Below, piece by piece: positions 11,915 to 23,769 of a DNA stretch of 63,814 nt. The DNA is taken from positions 1-63,814 of the forward strand of contig QPGO01000030.1 in the NCBI GenBank assembly GCA_008632985.1, written 5' to 3'. Under the pieces are notes generated by a model. It worked only from the letters and a program-made list of their open reading frames with translations, was not told the DNA's origin and ran no database searches. Position numbers and translations under genes: made by a program. Each line of letters opens with the position of its first letter. Position 1 is the stretch's first letter. This stretch comes from Psammoneis japonica. Lineage: Eukaryota.

Positions 11915-14908
11915 ATGTCAGGGAGATTTCTTCTGATTCGCGCAAGAAACGTGTCGCGTTCACCTACCACATCACGATGTATTTGTCAAACAGTACCCAT
12001 GAACCCGACATTGGCTCGAAGAACCAGGGATCTCTATCATATATCCTCCATTTACAAAAGCCATGGAATAGTGGTCGTCCAAGCAAGATTTCTTGCCAGC
12101 GAAGCGTCGGACGAATGGGCAAGAGCTACAGAGAATGCGCTAGACCCGAGAGCAGCGCCCTTGGGGACAATGTCGAGCGACCAAGTTGAAAATATAATCG
12201 ACACAATTCGACATTGGTTGCAGCTATCAGGACAAAATCATATCGAGAGTGATATTCAGAATGCAGATCTATTGATACAACGACTCGTAGCTGAGCATGC
12301 AACAAAAACTTTTGCTGTTAAACAATTTACGCACACATTGGCGGAAATTCAAGGCGAGGTAAGTCTACACTGTTAGGACGAGGTTATCTTGGAGCCTACG
12401 CGAAAACAGAATTAAAACTCATATTGAGGAAATCCATATCTCTTTAATCCTCTTTAGCTGCTGCGTTCATGGTTATCTTTTGGTGCAAATGTATCAACGC
12501 TCGAGAATGCTGACGCACTGTTGTTCCGACTAGTCGATTGGTATCGTCTAGACCGTATACAGGAAGAAACAGTACCCTCTCAAGATTTTATAACACTGTC
12601 CAACTTGTGGTTAGATACAAACACACCTGAAGCGACAATACACGTGATGGACCTTTTACTGTGGTGGACAGATGATCCAAACTCCAAATTTCTATCCCCG
12701 GAAGATGTGACCAGTCCCTTGTTTCAAAAGACCTTTGAGAGACTACAGAGTGAAAATCAAACCAGTTCAGATACTCTGGAAGCTTTGGTGAATCGAATGG
12801 AACTCTTGCATAAAGAATGGGGGTGGGAATCCATGATGCCACAGGTTTGCCCTGAGAGCATTGTCGAGTTTCCTGATGAAAAAGACGCGGGTCAGAGTGA
12901 ATTAGTGTCCACAAAAACAGAAGCAGATGAAAATAAGATTTCGTCATTTGAATTGGATAGCATGAAGAATCAATTCCTTGATTTTGCTGAAACTGCAACA
13001 AAAGAAGATTCGGTCAAGGTTGAGCAGTTTGCGAGAAAGTACAGAAAACAACACCTCAGTAATGACGAAGCCAAGAGCCCCAACGTCGGAGAAGTGTTCA
13101 TTGCTGTTTTGGATTACTTTATTCGAGTGAAGAATCCTGAAAAGGCTATGCAGTGGTTCCGCAAAGTCGAGAAAATCGCGAGCGAAGAAGGCAAAGATTT
13201 GCTGCCTCCTGAGAAATGGTACGATATTCTTCGTCTGTGGTCGGAGAGCGGGGATAAAGATGCCCCTTGGAGAGCACAAGAGATCATTCAACGGATGGAA
13301 CAGCTTGAAGGAGATTTAGTGTCACAGGTCGATAGCACGGCTTACAGTCTGCTTTGTGAGGCTTGGCTCCGTAGTGGTGACCTCGTCGCAGGTCAGAAGG
13401 TGCTGGAGATTGTTCCTCGTATTCTCGAGGACAAGCACCGAGCTCTGGACAACAATGTCTCTCAACTTGTTGTAAGAGCTTTCGAACAAAACGACAATCT
13501 AGACATTGAGAAGGTCTCGAAGATCGTTATGTCCATTGTGAAGCAGGGGTGGACCAATGAAAGCGAACGAGAGGAAATGGAATTCCTGGTGGAGCATGTT
13601 ATGCATTTTTTTGGACAGAAGCGGATGTCAGAACAAGCCAACTCCATGCTGCGAGAATGTGTGAAAACGAACCTAACAATAGGTTCTCTCATTTGTGAGA
13701 ATGTCATCAGAAGCAACGAAAACCATCCATTGACTGCGATCCAAGCAGTTGAATTTTTGGAACAGCAGGAACGCGCTGGAAAGAATGTTTCAATGTCCTT
13801 TGGGTGTTATACAGGTGCTACAGCTGTGCTCGTAAATAGTGGTATGAAAGGAACCTTCAAGACAGAGAATAGCTTAGTCTCCAGAGTGTTGGACCGGCTG
13901 GTGAAGGGAGAAATAGCTCTACCGCCCCAGTCGGAGATCGATCGCTTTCTCACCTGGGTACTTTACAAGACTAGAGTCCAGGGCCGTGCGTTTGACGCTG
14001 AATCGCTGTTACAAACAATGGAAGAAAGGCTCATGAAAGATGGGTTGGTTTCAGATATTACGATACCGGTAGACTGTTTCAACCAAGTCCTGCTCGTCCA
14101 GTCGAGAAACGGTGCACAGAACAAGGTTGAGGAAACTTTCAATCGAATGCTTGGCTACTATCGTTCCGGCGTTGATCACCTTATGCCAAATACTTCCTCA
14201 TTCGATATCTATCTCAAATGTCTTACTGGCAGTAAGAACCTTCGAGTGATCGAAAAGGCAGAAAAAGTGCTGGACGAGATGATTTCCCTGTACGAGACGT
14301 CTGGTCGAGAAGATTGCAAGCCTGACGACGAAATATTTAACACTGTGTTCCTTTCCTTGAAGGAATTACCATCGAACCAATCTGTCGATCGCTCCTTTGC
14401 GTTATTTGAGCGTATGGCGGCACTTGGCGTCAAGCCTCAGACCTTCACGTTCAACACTTTGATGGCGATTGTAACGAGAAATCGCCCTGAAGGTTCATAC
14501 GAAAAGGTTGTGCAGCTTATGGACCAGATGGTGGAATTGGGTTTGGAACCTAACTCCAACACCTACAATGTACTTTTGAATGGATGCGCTAACGCCACAA
14601 GCAACGAACGCGAGTCTGCACTCAGCAAAGCCGTTGAAGCCATGGGCCGGGTACGCAGCATTGGACTCGACAAAGCTACATACCCAACATTTGTTAAGGC
14701 GCTTGACAGGCTGTTGAAAGAAGACGACAAGAGACGAGACAAGTTGGCTGGTACTGCCTTTAGGCTGTGCTGCGAAGATGGGTATCTGACTCCTAACCTT
14801 GAGAAACAGTTTCTTAGGCTTCTGAGTAACAAAGCGTGGAAAAAATTGTACGAGGAAAAACTAGAGAAGGACGATGCTCTTCGAAAGAAGTGGGCAAAAA
14901 ATATTTAG
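11915..14908 (+). CDS. Pentatricopeptide-repeat protein, probably mitochondrial; exons 11915-12358 and 12458-14908
   Basis: PPR-like motifs (PNTSSFDIYLKC, PDDEIFNTVF, PQTFTFNTLM, PNSNTYNVLLNGCA), an R/S-rich N-terminus and a phase-0 GT-AG intron joining the two ORFs. Confidence 0.85.
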
Positions 14909-16159
14909 GAAAGCACCCCTAATATGTAACAAAAAATACAAGGTAGTGGCAGGCCCGGGAAAGATTGATGAAGCCCAAGTGCTGCTACTGTGATTCTTCC
15001 CAACAACACTCTACAATGTGGCTGCTCCACCTTAGTTTTTCCCGGCCGTGTGGTCCCATGCGGGTAGGTTGCTTAAGAGCCATCGTACATGCACCTCCGG
15101 CTGGCCAGCCGCGACCTTTAAACAACCGTTGAGATGGCGTTCCATTCACGGGTCCGTTGGCACACTGAATGCCTTGTCTGCATGAAGCTGGAAGATAGAA
15201 AATGGAAGTCTCACACCTGTTGGTGGCCACAGCAGTTCAGCCGTGGACACTTGAAAAAGCTCGATTCTCCAACTGCAGAAGCCAGAGGCTGAACCTTGGT
15301 CAGCCACAGATGATCAATTGTTTTGAAGTGTTTGCGCCAAGAATGACTCTGGTTCAGCAGAGAAGAGGGCAGCACCGTGCCATCTTTGCCACCACATTGC
15401 TGGCCTCAATGATGCCAGCTGCCATCAAGAAGATGCCCATTTCATAAAAGCATGCTTCAAATTCTTTTTGTCTCAATGGCCATCTCAACAAAAGAGAACT
15501 TGCTGCCTCACACTTCATTTCTCCTGCTGCCAGTGGCTTTGATCTTGCCAGCAACGGTGGCACAATGAGTGTGGCAGCACTTCATTTCAGGCCATTGACC
15601 TTCTTGAACAAAGCAGCCTGGCAGCATTTCAGTGCCATTGTTGCCTGCAGCAAATCATCCAAAAAAAGAGTCTGACAAAGATTTCACTGCTGCTCCAGCA
15701 GACCACCAAAACCCCCCAGGTTGTGCAAAAAGAAAAATCCAAGAGTGCAGCCACTTGTGGAGATTTGCTCTGCACTTCAGCCACAAAAGCCCAGCCACAA
15801 ACATGCTGTGCTGGTGCTGGAGTCAGCAGCAGTCACCCTCCTTGCTGTGCAAACACAGCAGGACTCACAAAAAAGTTGGCGATGCTGACTTTCTGGACAA
15901 ATTGGAAGTCAGGCTCCTCAGCAAAGTTTGTCTTTGCCCACCATTTGTCACCTGGCACTGCTGTCATTCCAGCAACACACTTCTGAACAGGCAGACAGAA
16001 GGGTTCTGTCAAACAACAGCCAGCCACTCAGCCAGATGAGAGCCAGGAGGCTCTGCACGCTGCAGGCTTCTTTCTTCCTGTGCAAGAAGGGTTTTTGTTG
16101 TTGAAGGTGCAGAGCATGCGCAATTTCTGAGGGAGACATTGAGCCATTTTCAAAAGTGT

Positions 16160-17205
16160 CACACCAGCTTCAGCTCCAGGTGAGGCGCGCATGGGCTCAA
16201 CTCCCACCACTGGCCAATTTTTGCATTTGGCGCAATGAACTTCTTCAAAATCATTTTTTCCTAAATCCAAGGGTGAGTGTGCAAAAACTTTTTTTTTTCA
16301 CACTCACCTTTCCATTTTTGAGACAATCAAATTTGAAGAAGTTCAATGTGCCAAACTGCACGCCAGAAAATTGGCGCCTCTTGTGTGATGGATTGCTCAT
16401 TGTCTGGGACTGGAACAGGCCATGAATGCCATCACATGGAAATGACAAAAGACTCATGATGGGGTTTTGTGCACATGAGGTGCCTGTTCTAGCTCCAGGC
16501 AATGCGCACAGGTTTGATTCCCATCATTTGCCCATTTTTGCATTTGGCACACTGCACTTTTTCAAAATCCGTTTTTTGCCAAATCGAAGGGTGAGTGTGC
16601 ACTTTGCACGTGTTTTTGGGTGCACTGAAGCATGCACGCAGACAAAAGGTCATTTTTGTCACGCCCTTTGTGACATTTAAAGGCTGCAACATGTCGCTGT
16701 GACACATTGACTCTTGTCAGTGGCTGTGTGTTGCACTCCTCCCCATGTGTCACGCGTCCACACGGCTCTTTGCTAACGTGCACTGACACTGCACGGTTTT
16801 GGCGGAACAGTGTGGGTGTGCATGAAGGAGCACACAGAACTGCACAGAGTTTTGCGCGTTCGACAGTGATCAACGTTGCTGCAGACAACTCCCACTCAGG
16901 GTTTCGAACCCCTGGCCTCCTGCCCAATGGTTGCGATGAACCACTCCGCTGTGAATTCACAGTGCAGCATGCATGCAGACAAAAGGTCATTTTTGTCACG
17001 CCCTTTGTGACATTTAAAGGCTGCAACACGTCGCCGTGATGCATCGACTCTTGTTGGCAGCTGTGCATTGCAGCACACTTGCCTTTCAATTTTTGAAACG
17101 ATCAAAATTGAAGAAGTTCAATGCACTGGGCTGTGCAGGAAATCAGCCTCTCTCCTCTCTCGTGATGGAATTCTCATCACCTGGAGCTGGAACAGGCCAT
17201 GAGAT
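16160..17205. repeat. Two diverged ~320-bp tandem, internally palindromic (foldback-like) units; the second is split by the TRIM
   Basis: 16213-16285 resembles 16531-16605. 16299-16360 resembles 17073-17135. gg(g/a)(a/g)ctggaacaggccatga occurs at ~16410 and ~17185. Hairpin ggtgagtgtg...cacactcacc. Confidence 0.6.
16626..17072 (-). mobile_element. TRIM-like non-autonomous LTR retroelement, copy 1, with internal tRNA-like sequence
   Basis: 110-bp direct repeats at 16626-16735 and 16963-17072, TSD GCAC on both sides, PPT complement ctcctcccc at 16736-16744. Confidence 0.9.
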
Positions 17206-17595
17206 GGGCACAGAGCGCAGCAGCTTTTGTCTCTTGCAAACACGAGGTGATTTGACTGTGCATGTGAGACCCCTCTCATCATCAGGAGTTGCTTCTTTGA
17301 AGTCCAAACACATTTGTTTGAGCCGACAATGGCATTGGGTTGCCTGGCAGGCACAGTGGGCCTCAAAGCAACAGGGAGTCACCTCAAATCTGTTGAAAGT
17401 TGAAGCTGTCCCGTCGCGCTCGTGCGCGCAAGCGCGGTGCATCTGATTCCCACTGACGACTCTGGCGAAATGGACATTTTTGCATGCTGCAACACACGTC
17501 CGTTGAAGACATTCATTTGCCCTTTCCTCACATTAAAATGTTCAGCATCACATGTTGCATCTTGAGTTTACGGTCACAACTCAACGGACAACCGA

Positions 17596-17740
17596 CTTTC
17601 AACAAAAAGTTGTTGAAAGTTAGATCTTTCAACAAAAAAGTTGTTGAAAGTCAGATCTTTCAACAAAAATCTGTTGAAAGTTAGATCTTTCAACAAAAAT
17701 CTGTTGAAAGTTGCATCTTTCAACAAAAATCTGTTGAAAG
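17596..17740. repeat. Palindromic minisatellite, 5 x ~30 bp (ctttcaacaaaaa(gt/tc)tgttgaaag + 6-bp linker)
   Basis: Read directly from the sequence. Confidence 0.95.
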
Positions 17741-18770
17741 CCGACATCGTTTTTAGGGTTGCGCTGCAGTCGGGCAACACAAAAGTCAAAGATCGTGACG
17801 AGAACAGCATGAGCGATGCATGCCTTGCCAAAGCCTGAAAGCATGGCGTGAAGTTGGCTCAGCAGCTCAGTGCTGGTTTGGTGGTTTTTAGCAGAAGCAG
17901 TTTGACAATTTATGGCGGCAGTTTCAAAGGTTGTGGCTGCAGCTTCAGAGTGTAAAGCACGGCAGTTTCAGAATTTTCGGCTGCAGCAGTTTCAGAATTG
18001 TCAATTTCTTGAAATCTGCCAGCAGTGGAGCACCTTCAATGGCTCCAAGTGAGCCGCCGTCCAATGTGCTTTGAACCAAGCAAAGCTCCCACCTGGCAGT
18101 GATCTGTCTCCGATCTCACCCAGTGCGTGGTCAGGCGCTGTCTACAGCTCCAAGCGAGAATCATCCCAGTGCCAAACCATTGGCTGCTCCATCCTCTGAG
18201 CCTGGCAATCCCATCTGCCGTTCCGAGTCTGGGTCCCAGCATGCTGCACATTGGGTGGTTTCATCCTCGGATGAAAGTGCCAAGTCATGAGCAACTCCGT
18301 CAGTCACACCGAGGTGTGGACACGGCTCAACACGTCACGTCTCATTGAAATCAACAGAGGACTTAGAAGTGAGAATGTTGGTGACAGCACCACTGAGAAT
18401 CGAGTGGCACTGGCCTGCATGCTTCGTGCGCACTGTCAAAAAAAATTGAAATTGCTTCAAGGTTTCAAACAAAACAGAAATCCACAATTCTCAATGACGC
18501 ACAATGGGACCAACCCAGAAGGATGCATTGTGCAATTGCTCCCAACAATGAAAAAAGAAATGGGGAAAATGGTGCAAGCATCATTGAGATGTCACGCCAT
18601 GAAGTGGACACCGTCTGCTCGCTTCATTGTGCTCGCTGCAGTTTGCTGAGTGTGGCAAAGTGCTGCAGCAAATGCTGCACTCAACGATGAACAAATGTCG
18701 GTCATGCAAACCTGTCTTTGATGACATCGCTTTTCCAATCAGATTTTCATGCCGACAAGTTTTCTGTTGA

Positions 18771-18933
18771 AGTTGTTGAAAGTTACGTCTTTCAACAAAA
18801 AGTTGTTGAAAGTTGCGTCTTTCAACGAAAAGTTGTTGAAAGTTGTGTCTTTCAACAAAAAGTTGTTGAAAGTCACAACTTTCAACAAAAAAGTGTTGAA
18901 AGTTAACGACTTTCAACAAAAAGTTGTTGAAAG
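18771..18933. repeat. Second array of the same palindromic minisatellite (5.5 units, same orientation)
   Basis: ctttcaacaaaaagttgttgaaag units with linkers ttacgt, ttgcgt, ttgtgt, tcacaa and ttaacga. Confidence 0.95.
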
Positions 18934-19634
18934 TTATTTGGCGATAAGCTGCAAAGCTGGAGAAATGAGCTCATTCCTTTGCAGAGTGCAATTGTTCATT
19001 GCACATGTGTGATGGGCAATGGGCTAAATTTTGTACAGTCCAATTCGCCAACAGTGTCGTAATGCGGACATTGCAAAATTTTATAAAGTTATTCAAGAAT
19101 GGATCATTTCAATCTGAGTCGTAGTTTCAACAACTCTGAGGCGACTCCCAGAGGGTGGTGGCAAAAATGAGCGCGTCGCCACCAATCAAGAACAAGCGCG
19201 CTCGACCATCCTTGCCGTATCGCGAAAATTTTGCAGGGGTGAACAAAGTATCAATTTGTCTTCATTTTTGATAGTAAATTTTGTATCGATTTTGAGATCA
19301 GAAAGTATTTTGAAACCTTTCGAAACATTAAGGGCACCAATATGTAAATATGCCAAATTCTCATAAATACCCTTTATCTCAACGGTCTTCTCGAGGTTTG
19401 GCGCGTATTTCAAGTCTATAAAGCAAGCTTCTGACATATTAATAAAGTCTATACAGTAATATTTGTCCTATCGCTGTTGAGCGTTACTTTTGAAAAATTT
19501 AGTCATAGCACTCGCAAATGCGCGGGATTCGCCACGCCGTCGTTGACACTGTATCTATGATACAGTACTCTACGACGACAAGCTACCCAGCCTCCCTCTC
19601 AAATAGAGAACATAGACCATGACCTCCTTTCGTC

Positions 19635-22600
19635 ATGACGAGAGCTAGCTTCAAACCATCTCTCGTCCCCGTCATGTCTGCGGATCGCAAGCGAGAAAAA
19701 CCAGTTTCATGTTCGCTGCAACGTCTTCCCGATGGCGGAAGACAGTACAGTGACCAAGGTGAAGAAGACCAAAGACACTTTCCGGGAGATGTCAATCGGC
19801 GAGACTCGTCAGATAGCGGTTCAGACAGGAAGCGCGTTGATGAGCCGATAGAAAGGGAGCAGAGCGTTGTTGAGAGGCTTTCGATAGAAATGACAGAGGA
19901 AAGTTTTTGTAGCGAGTCGTATGTAGACACAAGACCGCACCATAGGCTAATGGACGAGAGAGGACACTCTGCGGAAGATGTTGTTGAGCTAAGTTACCGA
20001 GAATCGAGAAGTTCTATCAACAAGCGCGTTGATGAGCCGATACAAACGGAGCACATTGATACTGACGGGTTTTCGATAGAGATGACACAAGAAATTTTTT
20101 TTGACGAGCCGTACGAAGTTAGTAGCGAAGTAGTGTCAATTCCAGACGACTGCCCCAGAGACGCCGATGAACTAAATCGTTTTTGGCAGAGGACCGCCAA
20201 GAGCATGGCCAGAAGACCTAAAACCTACTTTTGGTCTGCCTTTCTGGCAGCATTGACGATTGCCTTCGTAGGCCTCTACTTTGGGAATTTTTCAGTTGAG
20301 CCCGACAACAGGGGATGGAATTCACGCGGTACACTTATTGCGGATCGTAACACTCAAGCGTTTTTGGTGGATGTGAACAGGTTTGATCTCTTCACTCGAG
20401 ATGAGGTTGTATGGGATAACTTGATAAACATCGTCCAACCGGGTTGGGAAACGAACGATGATGAAGGATCTCGACGGCTTCTGATCGACAGCGTTAGTCC
20501 TTCTGTGGCGACGTCTTCATGGCTTCAAACGATTGCACCCATGCAGTCTCTCCTTCCAGAACAGCCCAAAGTCGAAGGGCTACCATTTCCCTTGGAAGTG
20601 ACAGACGCGTTGAATCGTCGGCTGCTAAACGCAAGCACGATCAGCCTCTTGGAAGGATGCGACCTTTCCAGGTAGGTAAGCGTGCCCTTTATGTGGGTAC
20701 ACAAGCTGCAGCTTTTCTTTGACCCACCAACAGTGTAACCTTTTATTTTCTCTTGATAGATATGATGCCACTGGCTTGACAAAAGAAGGACGACTGTGGT
20801 CAGTATGGAAGACCCAAAAGTCTTCAGACTCCGCTCTCGACCCCCATCTTCTTAGGGATCTCTGTCTAAGTGAAGAGAAGACGCAAGCACATCTAGAAAG
20901 AGAAAGACTTTGCATTACTTGCAAGGGAGGGGGGTGTCTGCCACCCTATGGACTTGTGTTGTTTGCCCGGCTCACTGTTGCAGACGGTTTCACCATGACC
21001 TGTGATCAGCTAGCAGAAGCATGGCCCGAGTATCAATCATCTACCGAATTGCAAATGGCGAAATGCATTCAGGATTTGAAGCTCTCTTTTGATCCGAACG
21101 CCCCCATTGAGAAATTGCCCGCGTCTTGTCCTTTTGGCTTTTACCCTACTTTGGTTGATAAGCTGTTCGACTCCACCATGCGAGTAGAATATTCCGCCTC
21201 TATTTTTTCAACTATACAAAACCCAGATGCGTTGTTTGAAAAGGTTTCTGGCTATGATAGAGGAACCGAACTTATCAAGGGGGCATATGATACCCGCTAT
21301 GGTAACTTCGCATTTCTACAAACAGAAGTTTCTTTGTACAACGATATGTTGCTTGCTGCTGGGTCGGCCTTGATCACTGCTCTCGCGATTCTGGTGCACA
21401 CGCGTTCACCATTCTTGACGTTGGTAGGACTTCTCCAAATCATTCTCAGCATCCCCACTGCTTATTTTTTCTATGTTTTTGTTGCACGATTGGAGTTCTT
21501 CCCGGTTCTGAACTATATTGGGATCTTTGTGGTTTTCGCCCTTGGAGCTGACGATGTCTTCGTCGCGGTAGACAAGTGGAAGAATGCTCGTCTGGCACAT
21601 TGGGACAAGTCGACGGAATATGTTGCGGCAAAGGCCCTTCCAGACGCGGCTGGGGCCATGTTTCTCACAACCCTTACTACTGCTGTGGTGAGTACCGCAC
21701 TGAAGCCGGTAATGTGTCTTTTTTCTGTTCTTTTTGCTCTAAGTTTCTCATTGTTGCGAACTCCTACCGGTACCTGCAGGCCTTCTTTGGAACAGCGGTC
21801 TGCCCCGTTGCTCCAGTTCTCTGTTTTGCGGTGTATTGTGGAATTTTGGTTATCATGGATTACGTGTTATGCCTTGTGCTGGTATTCCCAGCTCTATGTA
21901 TATGCGATGAGAAAAAAGATGTACGAAACATTTGTTTCAATTGCCACGTCTGCCGCCAGCTTGAAGCGAAAGGCCCGCATGGAGAAGAAGACGATGAGAG
22001 ACCAAGTTTGATTCGCCGCATTTTGCTTGTGTTTTACAAGTTCATTCATCGATTCCGTTGGATTTTGTTGGCAGGGTGCTTGGCCGGATTCGGAGTTTCC
22101 GCTTATTTCGCTTCGAAATTAGGGTTCCCTGAATCGTCTGATGTCCGATTGTTACGTCCGGAAACTTTTCAATACGAGCTTAACTACGAGTGGCGCTTCA
22201 ATCTGCTCTTCGACGTCTTTCTCAGACAAAGCGGCAGTCAAACCTACCTCCTCTTTGGCACAAAAGCTGCTGACACTGGGAATCACCTCGACCCCAGAAC
22301 CTTGTCGCAGCTTGTCTTGGATGAAACGTTTGATCCGTCTGGTGAAGAGGTGCAAATCTATCTGCGTGGATTTTGTGACGATTTGTTCGCACAGGACTTT
22401 GCCGAGAAGCCTAACCCGGATTATGTCTGTCCCATGAATGCCTTTGATGCTTGGTTACAGCAGCAGTCCCAACTGGACCTTCCGGACGATGATTACCTTG
22501 AATTTTGTGGTGGAGCGACGGGACTACCGGTCAGACAAAGCAACTTCAACGCTTGCATGATAGCTTGGAGTCAACAAAGCTGGTTTAAGCCCATACTTGC

Positions 22601-23544
22601 GCGCGGCGACGTAGTAGAGATTATGTATGTGGAATTCAACAGCAAGGTTCGCTATGACAGTCCATACGAAGATATCAAGAGAGAGTGGCTTTTGACCGAG
22701 AAGTGGATGAAAAATCAGGCAAAAAACGTGGCCCCAGAAGGAATAGGCGAATTCTATACGTCATCTTTTGCTTTTTGGTGGTATGACACCAATAACGAAA
22801 TGTTGAGCACCACCTACGTTGCAGCTGCGATTGCTCTGGTTACGGCGGGCGTTGTCATTTTGTTCTCTTCCCATTCAGTGACACTGACTTTGTTCGCTGT
22901 GTTTACCATTGGGTTTATTCTGGCTGCTACAACGGCGTGCCTTGTCGGCCTCGGGTGGTCGCTTGGATTGTAAGTTGTTTGTGTCTGTCTTCCATTGTTT
23001 GTATGATTCGACTGACTTTTCTGAATTTTTTGTCTGGAATAGCGTGGAATCCATTTGTTTTGCCATTTTGATTGGCATAAGTTGTGACTTTGTCATTCAC
23101 TTTGCCCATGCCTACGCCACTCTCCCGGGTATGCACTCCCGCGATGAACGTACCAAACACGCATTGATTCTCATGGGCCCATCCATTCTTGCAGCAGCAT
23201 TCACAACGATTGCAGCAGCAATCATCATGCTTTTCACCGTGATAACGTTCTTTGAAAAGTTTGCCTCCATATTGTTTTTAACTGTTTTGCTTGCTACCGT
23301 GGGATCCTTTGTTGTTTTCTTGACCTTGGCCGACAGCATTGGCCCGACCCATCCAACCTTTTTGGTAGACCTAATGATGAACAAGTTCAGTCGACGCTGT
23401 AAAGGTTGCAGAACGAAGTCGTCCTTCTCAGCTGCAACCACTGAAGACAGCTCCTCTTCACAAGAAGACGACGACGCAAGTCAGTGCACTATTGAGAATA
23501 GGGTGAATCCGCAAATTAGAATACAGAATGAGTTGTACCGGTAA
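19635..23544 (+). CDS. Patched/Dispatched-like sterol-sensing-domain (RND) membrane protein, paralog 1; introns 20672-20759, 21688-21779, 22970-23042
   Basis: GIFVVFALGADDVFVAVDKWK (GxxDD), AGAMFLTTLTTAVAFF and ILIGISCDFVIHFAHAY (GxxxD). Three GT-AG introns give a continuous frame. Confidence 0.88.
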
Positions 23545-23769
23545 TTCTCCTACTCCTAACCATCAGTTTCCATTGGACGCATCCGAAAGTTATCCATCTG
23601 CCATTTCTGTTGTCACACAGAACTCTCTCCAGTCACATGCATGATCACACCAAACGCAAGATTCTACCTACACCACGGTCTGACGACGATCGCAAAATGT
23701 ACTCCGCCATGGGTTCTTGTACGGTACTTTGCTATTGCTGGCTGCGAATAGTAAGGTACAAAACGAGCT

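Larger units (their letters stand above)
15100..19020. mobile_element. Block A: TpA-depleted, TpG/CpA-rich degenerate transposon/repeat cluster
   Basis: TA nearly absent. Many overlapping Cys/His-rich, Tyr-poor ORFs. Contains a TRIM, foldback repeats and minisatellites. Boundaries are approximate. Confidence 0.8.

Noticed and set aside
17596..18933. CRISPR-like array of palindromic repeats
   Set aside because: Linkers are only 6-7 bp and related to each other, there are no cas genes, and the context is eukaryotic. This is a minisatellite.
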